Shown here piece by piece: positions 63,759-64,000 of a stretch of 64,000 nucleotides of DNA; position 1 is the stretch's first letter; every line of letters begins with the position of its first letter. The position numbers were made by a program, and so were the translations under genes. The stretch is from Cyanophora paradoxa CCMP329 (taxonomy: Eukaryota; Plantae; Glaucophyta): positions 1 to 64,000 of the forward strand of contig QPMI01000169.1 in the NCBI GenBank assembly GCA_004431415.1. Reading direction: 5' to 3'. The notes beneath the pieces were generated by a model. The model saw only the letters and a program-made list of their open reading frames with translations, had not been told where the DNA came from and did no database searches.

Positions 63759-64000
63759 CCCCCGACCCGCCGGCCGGCGTGGCCCGCGGCGGCGCGGCGA
63801 GCTCTCCAGGGCCTGGGCTCTGCTGCTGTCGACGGGGCCCATCCCCTCTGCACGTGGGCCGCGAAACGGACCGCGATGCATGTAAGCAGAGCTGGACCGG
63901 GAGGTAGCGATGGGCCCCTGGCCCCAGGGTTTAGCTAGCCTTTTTCACAGGTAGATCAGTGCCAGGAAAGGTATACATATTGTAGCCAGGGGGCCCGCAG

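Overview
This is GC-rich, gene-dense, intron-rich eukaryotic nuclear DNA. It is probably a glaucophyte-like alga, an inference from a Phe-bearing plastid-type transit peptide and the overall gene style. I hand-spliced about 26 protein genes: a GARP/SHLQKYR MYB factor, citrate synthase, a WD40 protein, ArgRS, a USP, a PAS protein, PIGN/MCD4, an RCC1-repeat protein, SRR1, Hikeshi, alkaline phosphatase, TruA, C14-sterol reductase, a BT1 transporter, a fatty-acid elongase, an LRR protein, CASC3/Btz, an acyl-CoA dehydrogenase, a TPR protein and several orphans. Most long ORFs in the supplied track are GC-shadow or intron read-through frames. The standout is a young, non-coding miniature LTR retroelement (TRIM) with a 144-bp LTR and 311-bp internal region, a tRNA-Pro-type PBS, a PPT and 4-bp TSDs. 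Its LTR carries a tRNA-derived Pol III A/B-box promoter. It occurs as a 3-LTR tandem array (3595-4647) and as a head-to-head inverted dimer (58134-59052), and the dimer appears to preserve a reverse-transcribed copy of the primer tRNA 3' end. Other notable patterns are very frequent GC-AG introns with a GYSCG donor consensus, 17 consecutive genes on strictly alternating strands, intergenic spacers rich in transposon-excision-like footprints, and a QxxHH-box elongase in a low-GC island. Gene boundaries are hand-derived, and some GC-rich exons seem to contain single-base assembly errors.
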